Shown: positions 7,912 through 17,082, counted from the first letter of the stretch. The stretch is DNA of 64,000 nt from an uncultured Eubacteriales bacterium (GCA_964354215.1 CAYGYT010000001.1:11199-75198), one strand, 5' to 3'. Made by a program: numbers and translations. Notes: generated by a model from the letters alone, not told the origin.

Positions 7912-9413
7912 TAGCGCCCCCTCAGCATCGCGTAGCCGTAGCCGAAGAGCGCGAACACCGACATGAACTCGAGACGTCCGAGCCACATCGCGAGAATGAA
8001 CATGATCTTCATGAGCTCGGGCGTGGAGGGGGAAAGGACGCCGCATGAAAGGCCGGTGTTCGACCCTGCCGACACCATCTCAAAAGCGGCCTGCACGAAA
8101 TCGTAGCCGTACAACATGCCGACGACTGTGCCAACACCGTACATGGTGATGTAGGCGATTGTGATCGTCATGGCCGTGCGAACGAGCGCGTCGTCGAGCC
8201 AGACATCCCGGACGTGGTGGTACTTCGTGCGGACGACGGCGGACTCAGGGGAGACCATCTTGCGGATATCTCCGATGATCGCCTTGGTGATGATGCCTAT
8301 CCGGATTCCTTTGATGCCGCCACCTGTCGAGCATGCCGACGCACCGATCGCCATCGCAATCGTCGTGGCGATCAGCCCGACTGGCCCCCATTGCGTAACG
8401 AATGCGCGCGAGTAGACAGTTGAGAATCCGGTCGTCGTGTGACCGGAAGCAATGTTGTAGAAGACCTTGCGAAAGAGCGACATCGAGTTGGAGTACACAC
8501 CGACCTTGGCAAGCCAGAACGTGCCGATCAGCGCCGTAGCCGTCAATGTGATCGCGAAGGACAGCGTCTCGACGTTGCGGACGATCTCCTTGCGGTTGCC
8601 TGTCCACACGGCCCAATGCATCGCGAAGTTGAAAGAGCCGGAGATGAAGATGATCACGGCGATAATCTCGTAGAGCAGCGAGTGGAACCACATCGTGTTG
8701 TACGACTGGGGCGCAAAACCGCCTGTCGACCAGGCGCCCATGAAGACCCACAGGCCATCGAAGAACGCACGGACCGGTGGCTGGCCCAGCCACCATCCCG
8801 CGGCGAAGAGTGCCGCAGTGCCGACCACGAGGTAGGCGAGCGAGACGAGCCATATCGCGCGGGCGGTCTGCACGACGTTCGGGAGTAGCCGCTCGTCCTT
8901 GCCCTCGCCCACGTAGACCTTGTACGCGCCGGCCGTCCCCTTGAACAGGAACGTGAGCGCGATGACGACGATTCCCTGGCCGCCCGCATAGGTGAGCAGG
9001 TGGCGCCACATGTTCAGACCCATGCTCACGTGGTCAAGGTCCTGCAGCAGGTACAGGCCGGTCGTTGTGTACCCGCTCATCACGTCGAACATCGAGTCAA
9101 GATAGCTGCCCTCGTGCCCAGAGAGGTAGTGAGGCAGCGCGCCGAGGATAGTCGCGACGATCCAGGACCCCGACGCCACGACGAGGCCGTGGCTCCACTG
9201 CAGATCCTTCTCCGTCTTGAAGAAGAGCTGCGCGCCGAAGCCGAAGATCAAGCAGGCGGCGATACTGATGACGAAATCGAGAACGGTGTCCCACTCGGCG
9301 AAGGCGATCGAGGTCGCAAGCGGAATCGTCATCAGCAAACCGACACCCACGATGACCTTGCCGGTGTACGTACCGATGACGAGGTGGTCTTCTCGGCGAG
9401 GACGAACGATCAT
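7911..9413 (-). CDS. trkH: TrkH/KtrB-family potassium transporter membrane subunit
   Basis: About 500 aa and polytopic, with repeated selectivity-filter-like segments (MSGYTTTGL, GAWSTGGFAP, ASGHTTTGFS, VSAGSNTGLS). Confidence 0.88.
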   Translation of the reverse strand: MIVRPRREDHLVIGTYTGKVIVGVGLLMTIPLATSIAFAEWDTVLDFVISIAACLIFGFGAQLFFKTEKDLQWSHGLVVASGSWIVATILGALPHYLSGHEGSYLDSMFDVMSGYTTTGLYLLQDLDHVSMGLNMWRHLLTYAGGQGIVVIALTFLFKGTAGAYKVYVGEGKDERLLPNVVQTARAIWLVSLAYLVVGTAALFAAGWWLGQPPVRAFFDGLWVFMGAWSTGGFAPQSYNTMWFHSLLYEIIAVIIFISGSFNFAMHWAVWTGNRKEIVRNVETLSFAITLTATALIGTFWLAKVGVYSNSMSLFRKVFYNIASGHTTTGFSTVYSRAFVTQWGPVGLIATTIAMAIGASACSTGGGIKGIRIGIITKAIIGDIRKMVSPESAVVRTKYHHVRDVWLDDALVRTAMTITIAYITMYGVGTVVGMLYGYDFVQAAFEMVSAGSNTGLSCGVLSPSTPELMKIMFILAMWLGRLEFMSVFALFGYGYAMLRGR

Positions 9414-9423
9414 GAGGCGCCGC

Positions 9424-9582
9424 TCACCAGATTGCCATCGCGATGACCGCGAGTACGAACGCGATCAACATCAGACCGAGGATGAAAGCCGCCTCGGTGA
9501 GCATCCCCGCCGAATACCGGCCCCAGTGCTCACGCGCTGTGAGGCTCGGATAGCCCTCGTCCTTGTTCGAACGATCCACCAT
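9424..9582 (-). CDS. Small single-pass membrane peptide (52 aa) between trkA and trkH
   Basis: ATG 9582 with GGGAG 7 nt upstream. The C-terminal half AAFILGLMLIAFVLAVIAMAIW is a TM helix. The track only shows it inside a longer ORF. Confidence 0.5.
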   Translation of the reverse strand: MVDRSNKDEGYPSLTAREHWGRYSAGMLTEAAFILGLMLIAFVLAVIAMAIW

Positions 9583-9584
9583 GA

Positions 9585-10250
9585 CTAGACTCCCGTGAGC
9601 GCCTTCTTGAGCGCTCGCTCGTGGACAACGTTCGTGAACGCGATTACCACGTCGCCAGGCATGAGTTCTGTGTCGCCGTGCACCGTCATCGCATCCTCGC
9701 CACGTACGATGGCGACGAGCACGCAGTCGCCCGGGAGATCGAGCGACGCGACGGCCTTGTTGCACACGACGCAGCGGTCGACGGGCAGCTCGATCTCGAC
9801 GATCGCCATGTTGCCCTTGCGCAGCGTGGTCAGTGTGCGTATGTCGCCCACCGTCGCTTCTTCCTCGATCATTCGCGAGATGATCGTGGTCGAGGATATG
9901 GCCTCGATTCCGAGCGCGTTGAAGATGTGCTCGTTCTTCGGGTTGTTCACCCGCGCAACCGCGCGAGGTACGCCGAAGGCGACCTTCGCCAGTTGGCAGG
10001 CGACGAGGTTGTCGTCGTCATCACCGGTGACGGCGGCGAAGACGTCGGCGCGCGCAACGCCCGCGTCTTCCTGATAGGCGGCGTCGCAGCCGTCCCCCTG
10101 GATGATGAGGGTTCGTGAGGGCAGCTCGGTAGCGAGCTTCTCGACCACCTCGTCGCGCTTCTCGATGAGGGCGACGTCGTGGTTTGCGTCGAGCAGCGTA
10201 CGCGCGAGGTAGGACGCGACCTTGCCGCCGCCGTTGATGACGATGTACAC
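9585..10250 (-). CDS. trkA: TrkA/KtrA-type RCK protein (TrkA-N plus TrkA-C)
   Basis: (V)YIVINGGGKVASYLARTL Rossmann motif. GTG 10250 is preceded by GGAGGAG inside the end of the upstream gene. Confidence 0.88.
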   Translation of the reverse strand: MYIVINGGGKVASYLARTLLDANHDVALIEKRDEVVEKLATELPSRTLIIQGDGCDAAYQEDAGVARADVFAAVTGDDDDNLVACQLAKVAFGVPRAVARVNNPKNEHIFNALGIEAISSTTIISRMIEEEATVGDIRTLTTLRKGNMAIVEIELPVDRCVVCNKAVASLDLPGDCVLVAIVRGEDAMTVHGDTELMPGDVVIAFTNVVHERALKKALTGV

Positions 10251-10252
10251 GC

Positions 10253-10894
10253 CTACTCCTCCATGTACCGTTCGAGCTTCGTGAAACACTCTTCTTTGAC
10301 CGCTGCGATCACGATGTCGCCGGCCTGCAATGCCGTCTCGCTCTGTGGGATGAAGGTTGTCTTGCCGCGTGACACGGCCACGACGCGACACTCGTTGTCG
10401 CCCTCGACCTCGCGCACCTTGCGGGCATCGGCATCGCGATTCACCTTGAACTCGATGATCTCGACGTCGCCAAGGGCTGAGATGTGGTGCCCGTGGCCCG
10501 ACTTGATCTTGTCGAGCAGATTCTCGGCGACCAGCGTAGTGCCGCACACGTAGTCGAGTCCGAGCTGCTGGTACGTGCGCTCGCGCACGGGGTTGTACAG
10601 GCGCGCGACCACGTGCTTGACGCCGAAGATCTTCCGCGCGACCTCGGCGGCCATGAGGTTTGTGTTGTCGAGATCGGTGACGGCGGCGAACGAGTCGCAC
10701 TCGGCGATTCCCGCTTCGAGCAGCACGTCCTCGTCAAAACCGAGGCCGCGCACGGTGACGCCGTTGAAGGTGGTGCCGAGGCGACGGAACGCGTCGCCTT
10801 CCTTGTCGATGACCGTGACGTTGTGGCCCTCCACCGAGAGCAGATTGGCGAGCTGGGAGCCGACGCGCCCGCATCCCACCACGATGACGTTCAT
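10253..10894 (-). CDS. trkA: TrkA/KtrA-type RCK protein (TrkA-N plus TrkA-C)
   Basis: MNVIVVGCGRVGSQLANLL Rossmann motif. Start trimmed to ATG 10894. Confidence 0.88.
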   Translation of the reverse strand: MNVIVVGCGRVGSQLANLLSVEGHNVTVIDKEGDAFRRLGTTFNGVTVRGLGFDEDVLLEAGIAECDSFAAVTDLDNTNLMAAEVARKIFGVKHVVARLYNPVRERTYQQLGLDYVCGTTLVAENLLDKIKSGHGHHISALGDVEIIEFKVNRDADARKVREVEGDNECRVVAVSRGKTTFIPQSETALQAGDIVIAAVKEECFTKLERYMEE

Positions 10895-11126
10895 GAAGAG
10901 CCCCCGTGTTCGACCGTTAAGCTGCGTTCCGGACGCTATCGGCCGGAACGCGCCCCGGTCAATCGGCCGCAGGCGTTCTTTACGCCGACTTAACTGCGCA
11001 CGCACCGCAATCCACCCTCGACGCCGGACTCCCAAGTCACGCGCGGCGAGCGGTCCCGGACGTGCTACGGGCGCCGCGCGCGATTCCGCTGCGCGACGCC
11101 CGCTACTACAAGACGAACGCAGATAC
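10895..11126 (-). promoter_or_regulatory. Long structured 5' leader of the trk operon (candidate riboswitch)
   Basis: 232 nt without a credible ORF. Contains nested hairpins (gcgttccgg/ccggaacgc; cgcag..ggcgt-aaaga-acgcc..ctgcg) and GAATC / CGGGACC / GGGTGGATTG / CAGTTAAGTCGG elements. Confidence 0.35.
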
Positions 11127-11276
11127 CTACGACTTGCCGATCTTGTACATCTTCGTGCCACAATCCGGGCACGTGCCCTGAGTCGCCGGGCGACCGTTCT
11201 TCATCGTGATGTCCTGCGCGTCCTGGATCTCCTTCTTGGACTTGCACTTGACGCAGTAGCCTTCCTTGGCTGGCAT
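11127..11276 (-). CDS. Small zinc-ribbon protein (49 aa), DUF5679-like; absent from the ORF track
   Basis: MPAKEGYCVKCKSKKEIQDAQDITMKNGRPATQGTCPDCGTKMYKIGKS with a CxxC...CxxC pattern and a perfect RBS GGAGGTGA 6 nt upstream. Confidence 0.7.
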   Translation of the reverse strand: MPAKEGYCVKCKSKKEIQDAQDITMKNGRPATQGTCPDCGTKMYKIGKS

Positions 11277-11397
11277 GCAGCTTCACCTCCTCGAGTGTGA
11301 GCGTGCGGCACGGCTGTTCGTACAGCCGTACTTCACCTGAACTCCCCTTCAGGACAAGTGAACTCCCAGCAGAAGTGTACTGGTTTTCGCCCACTTG

Positions 11398-12084
11398 TCA
11401 TGCACGCGGTGACTCGGATCCGTTCTCCGCTGTTTCAGCACGCCGTCCGACTCCTCTGCCGAGCAGCATAAGCACGACTCCCTGAAGCGCCACAAGCAGC
11501 GCAAGCGAGATGCCCGAAAGCGCCCAGAAACGCTCGGGGAAGAGCTGGATGAGCAGCGAATCGGCGGGAAAGACCCACGTCCCGGCTTCGAAGAATATGC
11601 CGTGGAACGCGGTGAAGAGGCGCTCGAAATCGGCGACCCCGACAACGGCAAGCAGCGGCGGCGCTATCAGGCAGGCGAGCCCTCCCCAACGCAGTGCCGA
11701 TCCGATGGAGCCCCAACGGCGGCGGCGCAGGCTCACTCCGAACCACACGACGAGTGCAAGTGCGAGCGCGATTCCGGCTGTCCGTGCGCGAAGCAGAACC
11801 TCCCGCACGTCAACGAGATGCGACACCGCCTGGGCGTCGAACCCGCCGCGCCCGCCGACCTCGGCGGGAAGCGGTGGAGCGTCGCGATCGGTGACGAAGA
11901 GACGAACCTGCTCGGCTGTGGCGACCGCCCCAGAGCGCGACAGCCCACTCGCTGCGGTTGTGTCGGATCCCCCGACGACGCGCGTGAACCACGGGGTCGT
12001 GAGCGCGGCCACGCTGACGGCAACAGCGACCGCGCAGAGTGCTACGGCGACAGCAAGCCGTTCGAGCACCGTCGCGACGCGCAC
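11398..12084 (-). CDS. Integral membrane protein, TIGR01906/DUF1461-like
   Basis: FTAFHGIFFEAGTWVFPADSLLIQLFPERFW signature. The GTG start overlaps the stop of the GGDEF gene (TAGTG). Confidence 0.7.
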   Translation of the reverse strand: MRVATVLERLAVAVALCAVAVAVSVAALTTPWFTRVVGGSDTTAASGLSRSGAVATAEQVRLFVTDRDAPPLPAEVGGRGGFDAQAVSHLVDVREVLLRARTAGIALALALVVWFGVSLRRRRWGSIGSALRWGGLACLIAPPLLAVVGVADFERLFTAFHGIFFEAGTWVFPADSLLIQLFPERFWALSGISLALLVALQGVVLMLLGRGVGRRAETAENGSESPRA

Positions 12085-13328
12085 TAGACCTGCGCCCCGC
12101 TCGCAATGCTCGCCCGGTCCCCACCCTCCTCGGACGACCTGCCGAGAGCGTCGTCGGCGGCGAGCAGCACATCGTCGGGCGTCAGGCCGTCATACGGGAA
12201 GACTGCGACGCCGACGCTGGCGGTGACGCCCACACCGTCCACCAGAGCACCCGCCACGACGCGCCTGACCGTATCCCCCACCTCGAGTGCTTGCTCGGTG
12301 CCGAAGAGGAACTTCCCATCGGGCATCTCGGTCAGCACGATCGCGAACTCCTCGCCACCATAGCGAGCAACGACGTTGGTGGACAGGAGCGAGTCGCCAC
12401 CCGGGGAGACAACGTTTCTCAGGCGCGTGGCGATCTCAACGAGCAGGCGATCGCCGCGGTTCAGTCCAAACTTGCTGTTGAACTCGCCGAAGTGATAGAG
12501 GTCCACGAGGATCAGGCAGACGGGCCGATCGTCTCTGCGGGCGCGGCTGAGCTCGGTTTGCAGCGCGCGATGGAAGTACGGCCGGTTGTACAGCCCGGTC
12601 GCGTCGTCCACGATCGAAGCGCTCTCGAGCTCGCGCTCCCGCGCGCCGAGCGATGCGACCATAAGCGTCGAGATCGCCGCCGCGCCCGCGATGACCGTGA
12701 CCTGCCAGAGGTATCGCACGCTCACGAACGTCACGTTCTGGTAGAGCGTCGGGTTCGCGAACGGGACGTTGACGGGCGGGAGCACGCCGAAGTATGGCCC
12801 CCACAGCACGCAGCCGAGAAGCACCGCGCACGCAGAAGCCAGGAACCAGGTACTCCGTGCCCTCGGCAAGATGAAGGCGCCCTCGAACACGAAGAGCGCA
12901 TAGATCGACCAGAACCACGAGCTCACACCGCCGCTGTAGTAGACAAGCACGCTCACGACGAGCGCGTCGAACAGAAGCTGCAGGTGGTTGAGGAATGCGA
13001 CGTTGCCAAGCCGGCGATAGGTGAGCAGGTAGAAGGTGTTGTAGAGCATCACGAACACGAGCGCGACAGCCGGTACCACCATGAGCTGCGTCAGTTCGCC
13101 AACCGGCAGGGCCTGCGCGTAGATCCAGGCGCCCAGAACGGAGTACACGGCAAGCGCAACGACGAGTGCCCAGCGAACCTTGATGACGAGGCCCACTCGG
13201 CGGGTATTCGCCTGAAGCGCTTCGATATCGTAGCGGGTCGGCTGCTCCCGCCACGTCACCTTGAGCGCGCGCGTGATCCTCTTACGAAGCCGACTCGGGC
13301 TCACTCGACCTCCGCTTGATACCGGCAT
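12084..13328 (-). CDS. Membrane-bound diguanylate cyclase (GGDEF domain)
   Basis: N-terminal polytopic domain, then ATGLYNRPYF...RYGGEEFAIVL...SVGVAVFP. Start set at ATG 13328. Confidence 0.85.
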   Translation of the reverse strand: MPVSSGGRVSPSRLRKRITRALKVTWREQPTRYDIEALQANTRRVGLVIKVRWALVVALAVYSVLGAWIYAQALPVGELTQLMVVPAVALVFVMLYNTFYLLTYRRLGNVAFLNHLQLLFDALVVSVLVYYSGGVSSWFWSIYALFVFEGAFILPRARSTWFLASACAVLLGCVLWGPYFGVLPPVNVPFANPTLYQNVTFVSVRYLWQVTVIAGAAAISTLMVASLGARERELESASIVDDATGLYNRPYFHRALQTELSRARRDDRPVCLILVDLYHFGEFNSKFGLNRGDRLLVEIATRLRNVVSPGGDSLLSTNVVARYGGEEFAIVLTEMPDGKFLFGTEQALEVGDTVRRVVAGALVDGVGVTASVGVAVFPYDGLTPDDVLLAADDALGRSSEEGGDRASIASGAQV

Positions 13329-13473
13329 GCGCAGTGGGATTCCCAGGGCGTGCCCGACAGTGTAGCACCGGCCCACGCCTCTGGACTGCCACGATGCGAG
13401 GGGTGTGCCGACAGGGCGTGGCCCCGTTTGGGGTCTAGCACCCGTATACTTGCCGCATGCCGAGGAGCCCGCG

Positions 13474-14439
13474 ATGAACGTCCAGGCCCTCGCCGCGTCG
13501 CTCGACTCGGCGATACGGACGCTCGCTCGCCTCGGCGGCGTGCTCGAGATAGCGCTCGTGCTCGTGGCGGCCGCACTCCTGATCGTCTCGCTCGTCGGCT
13601 CGCTCGCTTCGCGACGACGCGTGGTGCTCGGTATCGCGGCCGCAGTGCTTCTGGCCGGCGAGCTGCTGCTCGTATGGTTCCACTGGCGGGTCTGGAGCCT
13701 CGCGATCGTCGTCGATCCGGCGTCGGGGCAGACCGTCGGGCGCATCGCCGTCCCGCTGTGGGTGGAGTCCGAGAAGCTCTACGTGTGGGCGCTCATCGTG
13801 GCGCTGATGGGTCTCGCGGCACGTGAGGCTCGCGACGAGCTCCTCCCAGGAATCGGCGCGATCGTGGCGGCACTCGTGCTCGGCGCCGTCCTGTGGGGTC
13901 GTCCGTTCACTCACCCGCTGCCGTCGTTCTTCGGCCAGTACGCGGGCTACGTACAGGCGATGGCGTCGGGAGTGCCCCAGGCTGCGCAGTCGGCGTTCGA
14001 GGGGATCCAGGGTTCGCGGCAGTACTACTACAACACGTGGTACATGTGGGTCCATCCGCCGTTGCTCTTCTTCAGCTACGGCGCGTTCGCCGTCTCGTTC
14101 GTTGCGACCCTTCTCGCCGTCGTCCGTAGACACTCCTCCTACGAACGGCTCGCGTACCACTGGGCGCGCTTGGGCTATCTACCGCTCACCGCGGGCATGC
14201 TCCTCGGCTTTCCGTGGGCGATCCTCGCCTGGAGCGGGCAGTCGTGGTGGTGGTCGGGCAAGGTCAACATGTCGATCATGATGTGGCTGCTCTACACGGC
14301 CTACCTGCACGGACGTCTGTACCTGCGTCGGCGCGGCATGTGGCGCTGGGTGCTCGCACTGTCATTGCTCTCGTTCGCGATCCTCGTGTTGACGTACCTC
14401 GCCACGTACGTGGTCCCGGGGGCGCACAGCTATGCGTGA
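13474..14439 (+). CDS. CcsA/ResC-family haem-handling membrane protein with a divergent W-rich signature
   Basis: VHPPLLFFSYGAF, W-rich loop WAILAWSGQSWWWSGKVN and YTAYLHGR. GAGGAG RBS before ATG 13474. Confidence 0.7.
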   Translation: MNVQALAASLDSAIRTLARLGGVLEIALVLVAAALLIVSLVGSLASRRRVVLGIAAAVLLAGELLLVWFHWRVWSLAIVVDPASGQTVGRIAVPLWVESEKLYVWALIVALMGLAAREARDELLPGIGAIVAALVLGAVLWGRPFTHPLPSFFGQYAGYVQAMASGVPQAAQSAFEGIQGSRQYYYNTWYMWVHPPLLFFSYGAFAVSFVATLLAVVRRHSSYERLAYHWARLGYLPLTAGMLLGFPWAILAWSGQSWWWSGKVNMSIMMWLLYTAYLHGRLYLRRRGMWRWVLALSLLSFAILVLTYLATYVVPGAHSYA

Positions 14440-14445
14440 CGCGAC

Positions 14446-15189
14446 ATGATGACCGAGATCAGACAGAGGACGTGGGATTTCGCGCTCACGGTGATAACCG
14501 TCCTGCTGCTCGGGTCGCTCGGCGTGCAGTCGTTCATCGGAACGCTCTACTCATGGTGGGCCCAGCGGACGATTCCCGGATGGGAACAGACGGGGTACGC
14601 CGGCTTCGTACAGACGATGAACGCCCTCGCAGCTCCCCAGCTCGTGGCGCTCATCGTCGTGATGGGGCTCTGCGTACCGAAGCGCCTGTTCGAGCGCCGC
14701 GTACTGGCCGGAGTGTCCCTGGCGATGCTGTGCGCCGGTGTGGCAGTGTGGGCGGTGTTCGACAGCGTGGCAGCAGCGCTCGGCGCCTACCTCTCGCTCG
14801 CCGCCCTCATTCAAGTGGCGGTGGTGGCGCTTACGGTGGCCGGCGCACGCTCGCCCTCCTATCTCACCGAAGGACGCCTCACCAAGGTCGGCTCCGGGCT
14901 GCTTCACCTCGGCTTCATCATGTTCTGCTTCGTGGTCGCAGAGCTGCAGCGCTCGCGGTTCATGCTCCCCGCGTTCGCGCTCGCGGCACTCGCCATACTT
15001 GCCGGTACGGCGCTCTCGTTTTGGGCGGGGCGCGTCGCCTACGGCCCTACGCGGCCGCAGCCGTTCGCGGCGGTTGCGGAGGAGCCCGGACCGACGGGCG
15101 AGGACACCGAGGATCTCGCGGACGATGTGCTAGAGGTCGCGGACCATCGCAGCGACGAAGGAGGAGGCGAGCTCGACGAGCTCGGGTGA
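14446..15189 (+). CDS. Polytopic membrane protein of unknown function with acidic C-terminal tail
   Basis: Six or so hydrophobic helices, starts 6 nt after the CcsA-like gene, no family recognised. Confidence 0.6.
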   Translation: MMTEIRQRTWDFALTVITVLLLGSLGVQSFIGTLYSWWAQRTIPGWEQTGYAGFVQTMNALAAPQLVALIVVMGLCVPKRLFERRVLAGVSLAMLCAGVAVWAVFDSVAAALGAYLSLAALIQVAVVALTVAGARSPSYLTEGRLTKVGSGLLHLGFIMFCFVVAELQRSRFMLPAFALAALAILAGTALSFWAGRVAYGPTRPQPFAAVAEEPGPTGEDTEDLADDVLEVADHRSDEGGGELDELG

Positions 15190-16872
15190 CACGTTCTCGC
15201 TCGTATCCGTGTACCAGTGCCAGTTTGGCAGCTGGCCGTTGATGTCGAAGCCCATCACGCTCATCGCGTGATACTTGCGAGCCAGCGCCGGCGTCGCATC
15301 CGTTGAAAGCCCGCGGTACACCCGCGGCCGCACGAGCATGCCCCGCTCGCGTGAGACCCGCCGTGCGAGGCTCACGATGCGGCGATCACTCTTGTAGCGG
15401 CGGGCCATGCCCTCGGCGGTTACCCAGTAGAGCGCTCCGGCCCCCACGTTGTCGATGTTGATGAACACGGCGTCACGCAAGTCCTTGCCGTACGCGGCGA
15501 GGAAGGCCTTCATGCCCACCGTACCGACTTCCTCGGCACCGGTGGCCACGAACCAGACCTCCTTGTCCTGAAGCTCCCGGTCGACCGCTTCGGTGACACG
15601 CCGCCTGATCCTGGCAGCCTCGTTCGCAGCGAAGTCCGGGTCGCCGATGGGGTCATCGCCAGCCCATCCGGCCTTGTAGCCGAGGTCGTCGTCGGTCTCT
15701 TCCTCGCCGAAGTTGTCCCAGGACCCGATCTTGCGACCTTCCTTGCGCGCCGAGAAGTCGTCGGCGACGCCAAGCCAGCTGCTGACCGCTCCGTCCTTGC
15801 TCGCGGAGAACCTTCGGGGTTTCTTCGGCCGAGCGGGGGGGATGCTCGGGTCCGCGCTGTCCGGGCCGTCCGCTTCGAACTCGGGGGCGGGGGCGGCGTT
15901 CTCGCGATCGGCGAGCGAGTCGTCGACCGTATCGAAGTCGATCGTGTCGAAATCGAGCATGGCCTGACCCCGGGCCGCCTTCGAGGACGGTTCCGATGAC
16001 GGGTCAGCCCACGCGAAGTCGTCGGGCAGGACTGGTTCGCCGCCCTCGGGCGGACCAGCGGGAGTGTACGTCAGGAGCGTGTCCTCGGAAAGGACATCCG
16101 CCTCTTGGACCGCAGCAGGCCCGCGACGGCGACGAACCGGCTGGGGCACGAAGCCATCTCCCGGCTCCGGCACGAGCTCCTCCATCACGCCGAGCATCGC
16201 CGCTACGCCCGAGGCGTTGTCGTTCGCGCCGCTCGTCGCTTTCGCGAAGAACTCCCGGTGGACGTTGATGACCAGAGGGACAAGCAGGTACGCCGAGACG
16301 GCCAGCGTCCCGTACCAGAGCCACGGCTCCGATGATGGGACGAGGGCCTGAGCGAGAATGAGCAGCGGCACGAGCACCGTGCACGCCTTCATCAGCCCGA
16401 AGCTCAGACCGAAGTTCTTGACCATCGCCGGCGCGAACGCGAGGGAGGCTTTCGCCGAGTCGTAGTGGGCAACGACAACGACCGTGCGCATGCGCTCGCC
16501 GCGCCGCATCTTGGGCGTGTGACGGGCGACGATGTTCTGAGTCGGGCCCTTGGGCATGAGTGCCGTGAGGCCCCAGCGCGTGTCCAGATCTGACCACATG
16601 ACGAGCGCGGTCAAGGCCGCGAGGGCGAATGCCGGCCACACGAGCGCACCGTACCCGGATGCGACCGCCGCCGCGATGGTGAACAGGTGGTAGATCACGT
16701 ATGCCCAGCTGTAGGTCCTCGGCGATTCGAACTCCTGCCGTTCGACCTCAAGCCCACGGGACGCGAAGACGGCCTCGATGTAGTCAGCCGCGTGTGCTTC
16801 TGCATCGGTGGTGGCTGGCCGAGGCCCGATATCGTCCGCAAGCACGCGAAGGTGGGTCATTTCGCTTGCCAT
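15130..16872 (-). CDS. M28-family metallopeptidase with internal membrane segments
   Basis: VVVVAHYDSAKAS, ANDNASGVAAMLGVMEEL and VWFVATGAEEVGTVGMKAF motifs, plus a hydrophobic block after the N-terminal domain. Confidence 0.8.
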   Translation of the reverse strand: MASEMTHLRVLADDIGPRPATTDAEAHAADYIEAVFASRGLEVERQEFESPRTYSWAYVIYHLFTIAAAVASGYGALVWPAFALAALTALVMWSDLDTRWGLTALMPKGPTQNIVARHTPKMRRGERMRTVVVVAHYDSAKASLAFAPAMVKNFGLSFGLMKACTVLVPLLILAQALVPSSEPWLWYGTLAVSAYLLVPLVINVHREFFAKATSGANDNASGVAAMLGVMEELVPEPGDGFVPQPVRRRRGPAAVQEADVLSEDTLLTYTPAGPPEGGEPVLPDDFAWADPSSEPSSKAARGQAMLDFDTIDFDTVDDSLADRENAAPAPEFEADGPDSADPSIPPARPKKPRRFSASKDGAVSSWLGVADDFSARKEGRKIGSWDNFGEEETDDDLGYKAGWAGDDPIGDPDFAANEAARIRRRVTEAVDRELQDKEVWFVATGAEEVGTVGMKAFLAAYGKDLRDAVFINIDNVGAGALYWVTAEGMARRYKSDRRIVSLARRVSRERGMLVRPRVYRGLSTDATPALARKYHAMSVMGFDINGQLPNWHWYTDTSENVSPELVELASSFVAAMVRDL

Positions 16873-17037
16873 GGACCCTCCCAGTCCCGAGGCGTTGCTT
16901 GGACAGCCGCTGTGCGGCGCGCCTTAAGACAGCTGCCCCGCTTCGTGCATCATACCGCGAGACAACGTGGGGTCGGGCGCACGCGCCCGGTGCTGCGAGT
17001 CGGGCTGGGCTGAGGCACCACCCGAGCAGCTGCGCGG

Positions 17038-17076
17038 TGGGAAACGAACGGGCGGCCTCCCGAAGGCGACCGCCCC
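17038..17076 (-). terminator. Rho-independent terminator after the 17083-17499 gene
   Basis: Minus strand reads GGGGCGGTCGCCTTCGGGAGGCCGCCC followed by GTTCGTTTCCC. Confidence 0.65.
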
Positions 17077-17082
17077 GTCGTA

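Noticed and set aside
13345-13421. Repeated GGCGTGCC(C)GACAG-like motif twice in the GGDEF/ccsA-like divergent promoter region
   Set aside because: Only two short, imperfect and partly permuted copies in GC-rich sequence. That is insufficient to call an operator without comparative data.
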